Under the pieces are notes generated by a model. The model was given only the letters and a program-made list of their open reading frames with translations. It was not told the origin of the DNA and did not search any database. Made by a program: the position numbers and the translations under genes. This document shows positions 48,347-57,347 of a stretch of 64,000 nucleotides of DNA, piece by piece. Source of the stretch: an uncultured Actinomycetes bacterium (GTDB lineage Bacteria; Actinomycetota; Thermoleophilia; UBA2241); NCBI GenBank assembly GCA_963767005.1, contig CAVYCN010000008.1:32001-96000 (forward strand), written 5' to 3'. How positions within the stretch are numbered: position 1 is the stretch's first letter; the number at the start of each line of letters is the position of its first letter.

Positions 48347-50097
48347 GGTTCCTTCCTCACCGCTTGATCCAACCTTTCCAGAATCGTCACGACAGTGTCG
48401 ACGTCCTGGTTCGGGAAGAACGGCTCGACCTCCGACCAAATGACAAGAACTGGCTGGAAGTAGTCGAGCATGAATCTCTGAAGGGTGGCCCCATACTTCG
48501 ATGTCAGCCATGCGGCTGATGTTACGAAGCCGATGCGTCCCCCTTCCTTCACGAAGCTTGCCGCGTGGATGAAATAGTAGGCGTAGGCATCGAACTTGCT
48601 GTCTTGTGCGACTCCCGCGCGATGCGCCAGCCGGTGGAGTTGAGCCTTGTAGGTGGGCTCTAAGTCATCCAGCTGTTGGCTGCGGACATACGGCGGGTTT
48701 CCTATTACGCAGTCGAACGCTGGCAGCGGGAGTTGTACTTGGTGAGTTGAGCCGCGATGGCGCTTGGCGGGAGGGAAAGTCAACGTGTCACCCGGTTTCA
48801 GGGTGAAGAAGTCCCGCACCGCCACGCGTGGGAAGTTGTCGGCAGACGTCAGGTCCTGGCGGCAGAGATTCAGGACCGCAAGCTCGGCTGGGAAGGCTGA
48901 TATGTCCACTGCCCACAGGTTCTCAAGAATCTCCTCGTGAGACAGAGTGGACGATTGACGAATCCTCTGGTGTGCCCGCATGAGGAATGTCCCCGTTCCT
49001 ACACCGGGATCGAACACAAGGTCCTCCGGTCGAGACATACAAAGTGAAACCATGAGGTCCGCGAGCTGGGGTTTCGTATAGTACTGGCCGAGGATGATTC
49101 GCTCTGACGTGGGGATCATGTTCTCGAATACTGAGCCGAGAACATCGTCCCGGACCTTGTCCCAGCTGTACGCGCTTAGGTCTGCAACAAGGTTGGCTAT
49201 CTGCGATTCGCTTGCTGGGCCAAGTGGGATTTCTTCCAACGGCGACTGTTCGTAGAGAGCTTCGTAGTCGAAAGCTCGAACTGCATCCCAGAAAGCCCTG
49301 AGTTGAGTGGTGACGCTGGAGCCAGGGCTTATCTGCAGCTTGGGCAAGCTTGGCTCGTGCCTTCTGTAGGAGTGGTAGAACAGTATCTGGCCAACAAGCC
49401 TGTAGCTCATTTGGGCCGCGAGCGCTGAGTGCAGGTCCTCCACGAAGGCGGCGAGGCCCTGTTTGGCTGCCCAGAGGCTTATGCGCCTCCGAATTGCACG
49501 GTCTGCGGCAAGCTTCTTGCGAAAATCATCCTCGATTGCGGTTCGCAGACTGCGCACCCGGTCGCCTAGGAAGTCGACAAAGACTGTGGCGTCAACGAGC
49601 TGACCTCCAACGGACCCGTGGGTGCTGAGGTCGTACGCAGCTCGGACAAGTTCGAGCGCCACGCGACGGAGGCTTTCGCGCACGGTTGGCTTGAGGCAAT
49701 CTTCGATGCTCCGCGCCTGAGAGACCCGACCCACCTCCGCGATGAAGTCGTCCGGCAGTAGATCCTTGCGAGGCGGAGCAGGAGTCCGGAAGCAATGAGC
49801 CACAGTGACATTCCAAAGAGCCAGGTACGGAGCACCAACAAGCTGGGCCTTCCTGACCGCGTCCCGCTGGAAAGCCTCGTCGGACAGCGACACGCTGGGT
49901 GGCTTGAGTTCGATCTCAAGCACGGCGTCACCTAAGGCGCGGTTTCGCCAGATGACGATGTCAGAGCGGTGACCGTCGGGATTCTTGAATTCCTGGGTCG
50001 CACGGTCGAAGCCGAGATTGTGCGCACGCAACTCGTCGGATATCCACGTCAGGGCCTCGCCTTGAAACTCCCACTCGGTAGTTCCGAACGTGGTCAC
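48316..50097 (-). CDS. Restriction endonuclease-N6 adenine methyltransferase fusion (Type IIG/HsdM-like), C-terminally truncated
   Basis: SDIV...LEIELK (PD-(D/E)xK-like), GQYYT, FDPGVGTGTF (motif I), GNPPY (motif IV); no TRD follows. Confidence 0.82.
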   Translation of the reverse strand: MTTFGTTEWEFQGEALTWISDELRAHNLGFDRATQEFKNPDGHRSDIVIWRNRALGDAVLEIELKPPSVSLSDEAFQRDAVRKAQLVGAPYLALWNVTVAHCFRTPAPPRKDLLPDDFIAEVGRVSQARSIEDCLKPTVRESLRRVALELVRAAYDLSTHGSVGGQLVDATVFVDFLGDRVRSLRTAIEDDFRKKLAADRAIRRRISLWAAKQGLAAFVEDLHSALAAQMSYRLVGQILFYHSYRRHEPSLPKLQISPGSSVTTQLRAFWDAVRAFDYEALYEQSPLEEIPLGPASESQIANLVADLSAYSWDKVRDDVLGSVFENMIPTSERIILGQYYTKPQLADLMVSLCMSRPEDLVFDPGVGTGTFLMRAHQRIRQSSTLSHEEILENLWAVDISAFPAELAVLNLCRQDLTSADNFPRVAVRDFFTLKPGDTLTFPPAKRHRGSTHQVQLPLPAFDCVIGNPPYVRSQQLDDLEPTYKAQLHRLAHRAGVAQDSKFDAYAYYFIHAASFVKEGGRIGFVTSAAWLTSKYGATLQRFMLDYFQPVLVIWSEVEPFFPNQDVDTVVTILERLDQAVRKEPGVDPLSLTP

Positions 50098-50176
50098 GAA
50101 ACGCCCTCCACGGCTCACCAGCGAGAATACTGTCACATGACCCTTCGGCGCGGGAGCACGTGATGCCTGCCAGCCA

Positions 50177-51736
50177 TCACCTAGGGTGAGGGTGAGGGGG
50201 TGCGGTGGGACCCGACACAGACCTGAGCGCATTCCAGTGCACCGGGTGTGGCACTCGCCCGCGCCGTATCTGAGAGCAGTAGCGTAATGACAGCCCGGTC
50301 GCCTGCACCATTCTCGATAGCGCCACGCCCTGTAACGCGGGAAGTATCTCGCTGGTGAACTCGGTTTCATCGGGTGCGTCGTGCTCGGCGTCCCAGCGTG
50401 TAGCCTCGTTCATCCGCCGGGAGTTCGCCCGTCCCACCTTCCTCTTGGCCTCTTCAGTCTTCGTCGGGTCGCGACCCTCCGCCCGCAGGCGTGCCAAGCC
50501 GGCCGGCCCTGCCTCACAGAAGAGCGCGAGCTTCTGCTGCTCATGCTCTGGGAGGCACTCGTCGCAGTAGACGCGGTCAGAGGCGAGCGACACACCACAG
50601 CCGGCGCAACTGCCCGCCCGCACGCGCGGCGGGCGCGCGACCGTCTTGGCGCTCCTGCGGTGGGCGTCGCGGCCGGCGCTACGCCTGCTCTGTGTGAGGG
50701 GCGTTGGCAGGACGGCGATCCTCGTCTTTGCGGCGAGCATCGCGGCGACGTTCTCGACGACCGGCGCGATGGCTTTGGCCCACTGATTGCAGGTCTCGGC
50801 GAGGGTGTGGGAAAGTGGGGCGAGCACGCGACAGACGCCCTTGCGGGTCTCCGAGAAGTCCTTACTTGAGAAAGTGCGCACCGCGAGCAGGTCGAGCAGG
50901 TAGGCGTCGACCGTCGGTCGCGCCGCCTCCATGAGGTCGAGCGCGAGTGAGTCGCGGGCGGTCTGGTCCGCGTGAAAGACGCCGAGCCCGGGATCGAGCC
51001 CGCAGGCGAGGCAAGCGAAACGCGTCTCCGCTTCAAGCAGAGCGTAGAGGTAGTTGAGCAGGGCGTTCGCGGGGTTGGCAGCAAGACGCGGCGAGCCGGT
51101 AATCGGCGAGCTGCGCTGGCCGAATGTGCGCCAGTACTTGGGCACGGTTCGCTCGTCTTTGCGGGCGAAGCGCGGGGCGATGTTGCACCATGCTGCCCAA
51201 TAGGCGACCGCACCTGCCGCCTCCGCTGTGAGGACCTCGCCGAGGGATGTAGCCTTCTTGGCAACCTGCCGGGCTTCCGTCGCTTCGGCTCGCGCGCTGT
51301 CGGCGAACTCCGCACGCGACAGGTTGATGACCTGGCCGGCGAGCTTGGCGCTCAAGACATAACGAGCGATGTCGAGGCCGACCGGACTTCTAGCCGCCAG
51401 AGCTTGCGCCCGTCGCAGGCGCGGATCGTTGAGGCCGTAGCCGGCGGAAGTCGCAATCAGCTCGCCGTCGTGATCGATCTGCAGGAACTCGATTCCGGCG
51501 TCGCTCAACCACCGTAGGGCTTCGAAAGTGACGAAACCCTCGTGGCCGATGACGACGAGGCGTTTGGCGGGGGCGAGCGCCTTGGCGAAGCTGCGCTGCC
51601 TGCGGAAGCGTCCGATGCCGTCCGAGACGATCAGACTCCGGTTGTGGACCCGAACCTGGATGCCGTAGCCGTCGACCACACAGACGCCGCCTGCGCAGTC
51701 GAGGCTTTGGAAGGTTGCGCTAACATAGCTCTGCAT
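50177..51736 (-). CDS. cas1: Stand-alone Cas1 (casposase) with C-terminal Zn ribbon and HTH
   Basis: GFVTFEALRWL, EAAGAVAYW (catalytic E), NPANALLNYLY, GLDPGLGVFH (H), SLALDLMEAARP (D/E); GAGG RBS before ATG 51736. Confidence 0.92.
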   Translation of the reverse strand: MQSYVSATFQSLDCAGGVCVVDGYGIQVRVHNRSLIVSDGIGRFRRQRSFAKALAPAKRLVVIGHEGFVTFEALRWLSDAGIEFLQIDHDGELIATSAGYGLNDPRLRRAQALAARSPVGLDIARYVLSAKLAGQVINLSRAEFADSARAEATEARQVAKKATSLGEVLTAEAAGAVAYWAAWCNIAPRFARKDERTVPKYWRTFGQRSSPITGSPRLAANPANALLNYLYALLEAETRFACLACGLDPGLGVFHADQTARDSLALDLMEAARPTVDAYLLDLLAVRTFSSKDFSETRKGVCRVLAPLSHTLAETCNQWAKAIAPVVENVAAMLAAKTRIAVLPTPLTQSRRSAGRDAHRRSAKTVARPPRVRAGSCAGCGVSLASDRVYCDECLPEHEQQKLALFCEAGPAGLARLRAEGRDPTKTEEAKRKVGRANSRRMNEATRWDAEHDAPDETEFTSEILPALQGVALSRMVQATGLSLRYCSQIRRGRVPHPVHWNALRSVSGPTAPPHPHPR

Positions 51737-51800
51737 TTCGGAACCTCGTTTTCCGAGTGCCACGCCCCCGGGCCGCTCCAACGGTCGCGGGGGCACTTGT

Positions 51801-52940
51801 CTAGACGGTCGGTTTGGCCGAGCCACCCATCAGTGCCTTCAACATCGCCGCCACGACGCCCGCTCGCGCCTCCTCACGCTTGTAGTCGTCGGCGAACACC
51901 CCGGCCTCTCGTTGTGCCTCGAAGTTCGCCTGCCACTCGGGCAGTAGATTGCGGATGATGGTAAGCAGTGCCTCGAACGGCTTGCGGTCGCGACGGCGCA
52001 CCGAGAAGAGCAACGGCAGCGAGACGACCCGCACGACGTAATGCCAATCGACACCGTCTGCAAGAACCCAAGGCATCTTCTCTTCGACCTGCGGCGGAAG
52101 CAGGGCGCGCCCGGCCTGCACAAAGAACGTGACAAGCGCGTAGACCTCTTCGAAGTCGGCGCGGGCGCGCTCGAAGTCCTGTGTCTTCATCGCCCGAAGG
52201 GACCTGAGGACGTGGGGCAGGCTGAGCTGGCGCACCTGGCGGCCGACCGCTCCGGAGCGGATGTAATCGGCGGCCTTGCCGGCGATCTCGGGCGAGAGGA
52301 GGTCGGCGAGCGCCGCCTCGAAGCCGTAGGCGACAAACGCCTGATAGATAACCTCATCCGACTCGGGCAGCAGGTGCCCCGTCAGGAAGATGAAGAACAG
52401 GCACGTGTAGAGCGTCTTGAGTTTGCCCTGCTGGGAGTCGTCGGGTAGCCAGCGCAACGGCTTGTCGAGGTGGGCGAGCATCTTGTCTGTCTGCGTCCGC
52501 GTGAATCGCGAGAGCCGGTCGCCAGCGAGCTTCGCGGCGAGGCCCTCGGCGACGACAAGCGGCGGCGCGGCGGGCTCGTAGCGCCTGCGGCGCGCGCCCG
52601 CGTAGCGCTCCAACATGGTGCGCACGCGCTCCAGCTGGCCGGCAATCACGCGCTGCAGCTCATCGCCTGTGACACGGTAGCCCGCAAGGAGCAGCGGCAG
52701 GGCGACCTTGTCGAGGTTGTCTTCGCGAGCAGGATGGCGCATGACGGCAAGCACCTGGGCGGCCGCGCCGGCCGGATAGCGCGTGCGGCGTCCATCGACG
52801 CGCTCGGTCTCGGGGATCAGGCCATGCTGACGCCAGCGTTCAAGCTGCGTGACGGTGGGCAGCGCTTCGCCTGCCTCAAGAAGACGAGCAACCTCCGCGA
52901 GAAGCTCTTTGTCTGCGCGTGTGAGCTGGCGTTTCGGCAT
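51801..52940 (-). CDS. Hypothetical protein with N-terminal MerR-like HTH
   Basis: TVTQLERWRQHGLIP...RTRYP; helical remainder. Confidence 0.65.
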   Translation of the reverse strand: MPKRQLTRADKELLAEVARLLEAGEALPTVTQLERWRQHGLIPETERVDGRRTRYPAGAAAQVLAVMRHPAREDNLDKVALPLLLAGYRVTGDELQRVIAGQLERVRTMLERYAGARRRRYEPAAPPLVVAEGLAAKLAGDRLSRFTRTQTDKMLAHLDKPLRWLPDDSQQGKLKTLYTCLFFIFLTGHLLPESDEVIYQAFVAYGFEAALADLLSPEIAGKAADYIRSGAVGRQVRQLSLPHVLRSLRAMKTQDFERARADFEEVYALVTFFVQAGRALLPPQVEEKMPWVLADGVDWHYVVRVVSLPLLFSVRRRDRKPFEALLTIIRNLLPEWQANFEAQREAGVFADDYKREEARAGVVAAMLKALMGGSAKPTV

Positions 52941-53050
52941 GTAACTCCATTCTATTACTACGCGCCAAAATCACAACGAGGCGACAGGATCATTTCGTAC
53001 TCTTCGCAGTCAACGCGGCATGTAGCCGCGACGACTGAAAGGAAGACGGC

Positions 53051-53662
53051 ATGGCAAGACCGCCCATCACCAAGTCGCGCCCCTGGACGCCCTCGCGCGG
53101 GCAGTTCAAGGGGCGCACCTTCGCGACCGAGAGGTCGTACCGCGACGCGCTCGCACAAGCCAAGGGCTTCCGCAGCTGGCACGACCAGCAGAGGGAAGCA
53201 AAGAAGGTCAGCGCGATGAGCTACGGGGCGTTGCGCGAGTCTCAGAAGCAGGCGCGTAGCCGCGCCCTCAAAGCCCTCGCGAAGATGCGGCGCGGCAAAT
53301 CGCTCACCGAGGCGGCGCGTGAGGCTGAGACGACGCCGAACACCGTCGTCCGTTACGCGGGCAGTCAGCTGCACCACGAGGGCGGGCGTATGGTCGCCTC
53401 CAAGTCCGACCGTATGTTCCGCCAGATGTGGGCTTACACGACCGAGGGGCTGCAGCCGGTCGCCGTGCGCACCTCCAAGCAGGCGAGCCTCATCGGTCAG
53501 CACCGCAACGCAGTCAAGAAGTTCCGGCGCGGCGACGAGACCGCGCTGCGCAAGTTCGCGGGTGTGAAGGTGGGCGGCGTGGAACTTGAGGTGCGCCCCG
53601 ACGTCCTTGAGGAGTACTTCCGTACCACCACGCCCGAGTTCGAAGGGCCGCAGTCCGGGTGA
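53051..53662 (+). CDS. Basic HTH-containing protein
   Basis: GKSLTEAAREAETTPNTVVRY; AGGA RBS; stop overlaps the next ORF. Confidence 0.7.
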   Translation: MARPPITKSRPWTPSRGQFKGRTFATERSYRDALAQAKGFRSWHDQQREAKKVSAMSYGALRESQKQARSRALKALAKMRRGKSLTEAAREAETTPNTVVRYAGSQLHHEGGRMVASKSDRMFRQMWAYTTEGLQPVAVRTSKQASLIGQHRNAVKKFRRGDETALRKFAGVKVGGVELEVRPDVLEEYFRTTTPEFEGPQSG

Positions 53663-53673
53663 GGGGGCAGGCG

Positions 53674-54096
53674 ATGAACGACGATCCGATTGGCAAAGCG
53701 GCACGGGCTTCGCGCCGTAAGCGCCGCGTGCCCGAGGGCACAATCTGCCTGCTCTGCGGGGCGCAAGACTCGGACGTGCTCAACGAGTACGACCGCTCGA
53801 TCTTCGAAGCCCATCACATCGCGGGCGTGGCCAACCTGCCGGACGATACCGTATGGCTGTGCTGCAACTGCCACCGCAAGGTGCACATCGCCCTGACAGA
53901 CGAAGGCGTCGATCTGGCGCACGCCGAGAAGCGCACGGTGCTCAGGGTGATTCAGGTGCTGCTTGTCGGCTGCGCTGTGCTTTTCCGCAAGCTCGCCGAT
54001 ACCTTCCTGTGGCTTGCCCACCTGCTCGGGGCGTTCATCGACTCACTCGACGATGAGCTGCCGGGCTGGCGTGAACTTCCGGAGGCTAGCTTGTGA
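53674..54096 (+). CDS. HNH endonuclease
   Basis: CLLCG...EAHHIAG...LCCNCHRKVH. Confidence 0.8.
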   Translation: MNDDPIGKAARASRRKRRVPEGTICLLCGAQDSDVLNEYDRSIFEAHHIAGVANLPDDTVWLCCNCHRKVHIALTDEGVDLAHAEKRTVLRVIQVLLVGCAVLFRKLADTFLWLAHLLGAFIDSLDDELPGWRELPEASL

Positions 54097-57000
54097 GCTA
54101 CGAGGAAATCGCGGTGAGGGCATGGGCGGAGCCTGCGGGCTCCGCCCTTTCCTTCGAGCGCTCGGGGCGAGCTTTTCGCCTGCCCGAATACGCCCTCGTG
54201 ATCGACACCGAGACGAGCGTCGACATCACGCAGGCGCTCAACTTCGGTTCATACCGGTTCATCGCGCTCAACGACGGCGAGAACCCACCGGGCAGCTGTC
54301 TTGAGGAGGGGCTGTTCTATGCCGACGAGTTGGCCACACGTTACCCGGACGGCCTGGGCAGGCTTGAGAGCTACGTGAGTGCCCACGAGGCCGACCTCGA
54401 CGTTGAACGCTACCGCCGGCCGCTCCACCTCTACACGCGCCGCGAGTTCGTGCGCCAGGTCTTTCTGCGCGCGGCCTACCGGGCGCGAGCGCTCGTGGTC
54501 GGCTTCAACCTGCCGTTCGATCTCTCGCGCCTGGCTATCGACGTCTCGGCCGCGAGGCGCTCGTATGCGGGCGGCTTCTCGCTCGCCCTGTGGGACTACG
54601 AGAAGCGCGGCGAGCGCGTGCCCGATCCGAACCGCCCGCGTGTCGTCGTCAAGAGCCTCAATTCCAAAGAGCACCTCTTTCGCTTCACGGACCGCCGCAT
54701 TGGTGACCCAGAAGATTACGAGGAACGCGAGCAGGCGGACGGCACGAAGAAGCGCGTCGCGTTCTCGGGCCACTTCCTCGACCTACACACGCTGACCTTC
54801 GCCCTGACCGCCGAGAACTTCTCACTTGAAAGAGCCTGCAAAGCCTTCGGCGTTGAGCACGGCAAGCAGAAGGTGAAGCGGCACGGTCTCATCACGCCCC
54901 GCTACATCGACTACAACCGCCGGGACGTGAAGGCGACGGGCGAGCTGCTCATGAAGGCCCTTGAGGAGTTTGACCGGCACCCCGTCCGGCTGCAGGTAAC
55001 CAAAGCGTTCTCGCCAGCCTCGATTGCCAAGTCCTACGAGGACGCCATGGGCTTGACGCCGATACTCGGCCGCCAGCCCGACTTCGACCGCAGCGTGCTC
55101 GGCTATGCCATGAACGCCTTCTACGGCGGGCGGGCCGAGTGTCGCATCCGACGCGTCGCCCTGCCGGTCTGCTACACGGACTTCGCCAGCATGTACCCGA
55201 CGGTCAACGCCCTCATGGAGAACTGGCAACTGCTCACCGCCGCCGAGATTAGCGTCGTGCCGGCGACCGATGACGTGAGGCGGTTTCTCGACGAGGTCAC
55301 ACTCGACGCCTGCTTTGAGCCGGCGACCTGGCAATGTCTGCGCGCCTTCGTGAAGGTCAGGCCGGACGGCGAAATCTTCCCGGTGCGCGTGCGCTATGAC
55401 TCGCGCGGGCCGAGCTGGCAGATTGGCGCGAACCCCCTGACAGGAGGCGAGGGCCAATGGTTTGCCCTGCCCGACGTGGTCGCCGCCAAGCTCGCCTCGG
55501 GTAAGACGCCGCAGGTCCTCGACGCGATCCGCTTGGAAGCATCCAACGCACGACAGCCCGGGTTGCGGCGCACGAAGCTGCGCGGTGCGGTGCCGGTTGA
55601 CCCGCGCCGCCAGGACTTCTTTCGGGCTGTCGTCGAAGAGCGACGGCGCACGCGCCGCAACGAGACACTCGACGAGGCCGAGCGCGAACGCCTGGAAGCC
55701 GCGCTGAAGGTCATCGCCAACGCCGGTAGCTACGGCATCTTCGCCGAGATGAACCGCAAGCAGCAGTCGGCCAAGGTACCGGTCGTCTTCTGGAACGCAG
55801 ATGGCGAGCGTTGCGAAACCAAGCTCAAGACGCCGGAAGAGCCGGGACCGTTCTGCTTCCCACCGCTCGCCGCCCTGATTACTTCAGCGGCACGGCTCAT
55901 GTTGACGCTGCTTGAGTGCACGGTGCGCGAGCGCGGCGGCTCCTACGTCTTCTGCGACACCGACTCGCTTGCCATCGTGTCGAGCGAGCAGGGTGGCCTG
56001 TTCGATTGCCCCGGCGGGCCGCAACGTTTGCCCGATGGGCGCGAGGCGGTGAAGGCGCTGAGTTGGTCCGAGGTCGACGAGGTCGTGGCGCGCTTCGCCG
56101 GCCTCAACCCGTACGATCCCGACGCCGTGCCCGGCTCGGTGCTCGACATCGAAAAGCAGAACTACATCAAGGACACAAAGCAGCGGCGTGAGCTGTGGTG
56201 CTATGCGATCAGCGCGAAGCGCTACGTGCTCTACAACCTCGGAGACGACGGGCGGCGTGTCATTCGCAAGCACTCACGTCACGGTCTCGGCCACCTGCTC
56301 GACCCGACCGACCCCGACTCGGGCGACGACAGCTGGATCGAGCAGGTCTGGCAGCACATCCTCGCCCTCGACGTCTTGGGGCAAGCGCCCGTCGAGCCGG
56401 CCTGGTTTGGCCGGCCGGCGATGGCCCGCGTGAGCGTCAGCGACATGCGGACCTTTCGACTCTTCGAAGCGCTCAACAAGGGCAAGCCCTACGCCGAGCG
56501 GGTCAAGCCGCAGAACTTCCTGCTCTCGGCGCAGGTAGCGGACCTCGGCCACCCGCCGGGCGTCGATCCGACCAAGCCCTTTCACTTGGTCGCGCCCTAT
56601 CACTCAGACCCGCGCCAATGGCTCAAGCTCGCCTTCACCGACCGCTACAGTAAGAAGAGCGCGACCTACCACATCACGACCGACGATGACGTCGCTGAGG
56701 GCGTCGCCTGCGTGAAGACCTACGGCGAGGTAATCGAAGACTACCGCTGGCGTCCGGAGCATAAGAGCCTGGCACCTGACGGGCAGCCCTGCAGCCGTGA
56801 GAGTACGGGGTTGCTGCGGCGGCGACCTGTGGAGGTCGTGCGACCTGTCTACGTCGGCAAGGAAGCGAACAGCCTCGAAGAGGTCGAACACCTGCTCGTC
56901 GAAGACGAAGACGAGATCATGAACCGCTACGATGACGCGGCGCACGATCCGTTTGTGCGATACGTCGTGCCGGTGCTGAGGGGGATGCCACGCGAGCAGG

Positions 57001-57344
57001 TGCTGAGAGTGGCCCGCCTCCACCCCGACTCAGTCAAGCGCATCTTGGCCGGCCGTGTACCGCACGGGAAAACGGCAGAGCGTCTAGCGTTGATGGCCGT
57101 TGAGTACGCACGATCGAGGCTGAGAAAGCGCGATGCGGAAATCCCGAAGAACGCAGTGGGGATACTTCGCCGGTTCACGCAGCTGAGCATTGAGCAACGG
57201 ACTTGCCCGGAGTGCGGCAAGCTCGTGCCGTCGAAGAGGGCCGCTTACTGCAGCGCGGTTTGCAGGATGCAGGCTAGCCGACGGAGGCGTGGCGAGCGAA
57301 ACGGAGTCGGAGGACACGCCACCAGTCCGCCGCCGCAAGACTAA
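54093..57344 (+). CDS. polB: Family B DNA polymerase (casposon PolB) with C-terminal HTH and Zn ribbon
   Basis: ExoI IDTET, ExoII GFNLPFD, ExoIII YNRRD, DFASMYP, KVIANAGSYG, CDTDS, AKRY. Confidence 0.92.
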   Translation: MSYEEIAVRAWAEPAGSALSFERSGRAFRLPEYALVIDTETSVDITQALNFGSYRFIALNDGENPPGSCLEEGLFYADELATRYPDGLGRLESYVSAHEADLDVERYRRPLHLYTRREFVRQVFLRAAYRARALVVGFNLPFDLSRLAIDVSAARRSYAGGFSLALWDYEKRGERVPDPNRPRVVVKSLNSKEHLFRFTDRRIGDPEDYEEREQADGTKKRVAFSGHFLDLHTLTFALTAENFSLERACKAFGVEHGKQKVKRHGLITPRYIDYNRRDVKATGELLMKALEEFDRHPVRLQVTKAFSPASIAKSYEDAMGLTPILGRQPDFDRSVLGYAMNAFYGGRAECRIRRVALPVCYTDFASMYPTVNALMENWQLLTAAEISVVPATDDVRRFLDEVTLDACFEPATWQCLRAFVKVRPDGEIFPVRVRYDSRGPSWQIGANPLTGGEGQWFALPDVVAAKLASGKTPQVLDAIRLEASNARQPGLRRTKLRGAVPVDPRRQDFFRAVVEERRRTRRNETLDEAERERLEAALKVIANAGSYGIFAEMNRKQQSAKVPVVFWNADGERCETKLKTPEEPGPFCFPPLAALITSAARLMLTLLECTVRERGGSYVFCDTDSLAIVSSEQGGLFDCPGGPQRLPDGREAVKALSWSEVDEVVARFAGLNPYDPDAVPGSVLDIEKQNYIKDTKQRRELWCYAISAKRYVLYNLGDDGRRVIRKHSRHGLGHLLDPTDPDSGDDSWIEQVWQHILALDVLGQAPVEPAWFGRPAMARVSVSDMRTFRLFEALNKGKPYAERVKPQNFLLSAQVADLGHPPGVDPTKPFHLVAPYHSDPRQWLKLAFTDRYSKKSATYHITTDDDVAEGVACVKTYGEVIEDYRWRPEHKSLAPDGQPCSRESTGLLRRRPVEVVRPVYVGKEANSLEEVEHLLVEDEDEIMNRYDDAAHDPFVRYVVPVLRGMPREQVLRVARLHPDSVKRILAGRVPHGKTAERLALMAVEYARSRLRKRDAEIPKNAVGILRRFTQLSIEQRTCPECGKLVPSKRAAYCSAVCRMQASRRRRGERNGVGGHATSPPPQD

Positions 57345-57347
57345 GTC

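Noticed and set aside
50177-51736. cas1 as part of a CRISPR-Cas locus
   Set aside because: No cas2, effector genes or repeat-spacer array in the window; it lies between TIRs alongside PolB
54093-57344. Prophage or pipolin polymerase
   Set aside because: No virion genes or tyrosine/serine integrase; the ends are TIRs with a TSD and Cas1 is the only integrase
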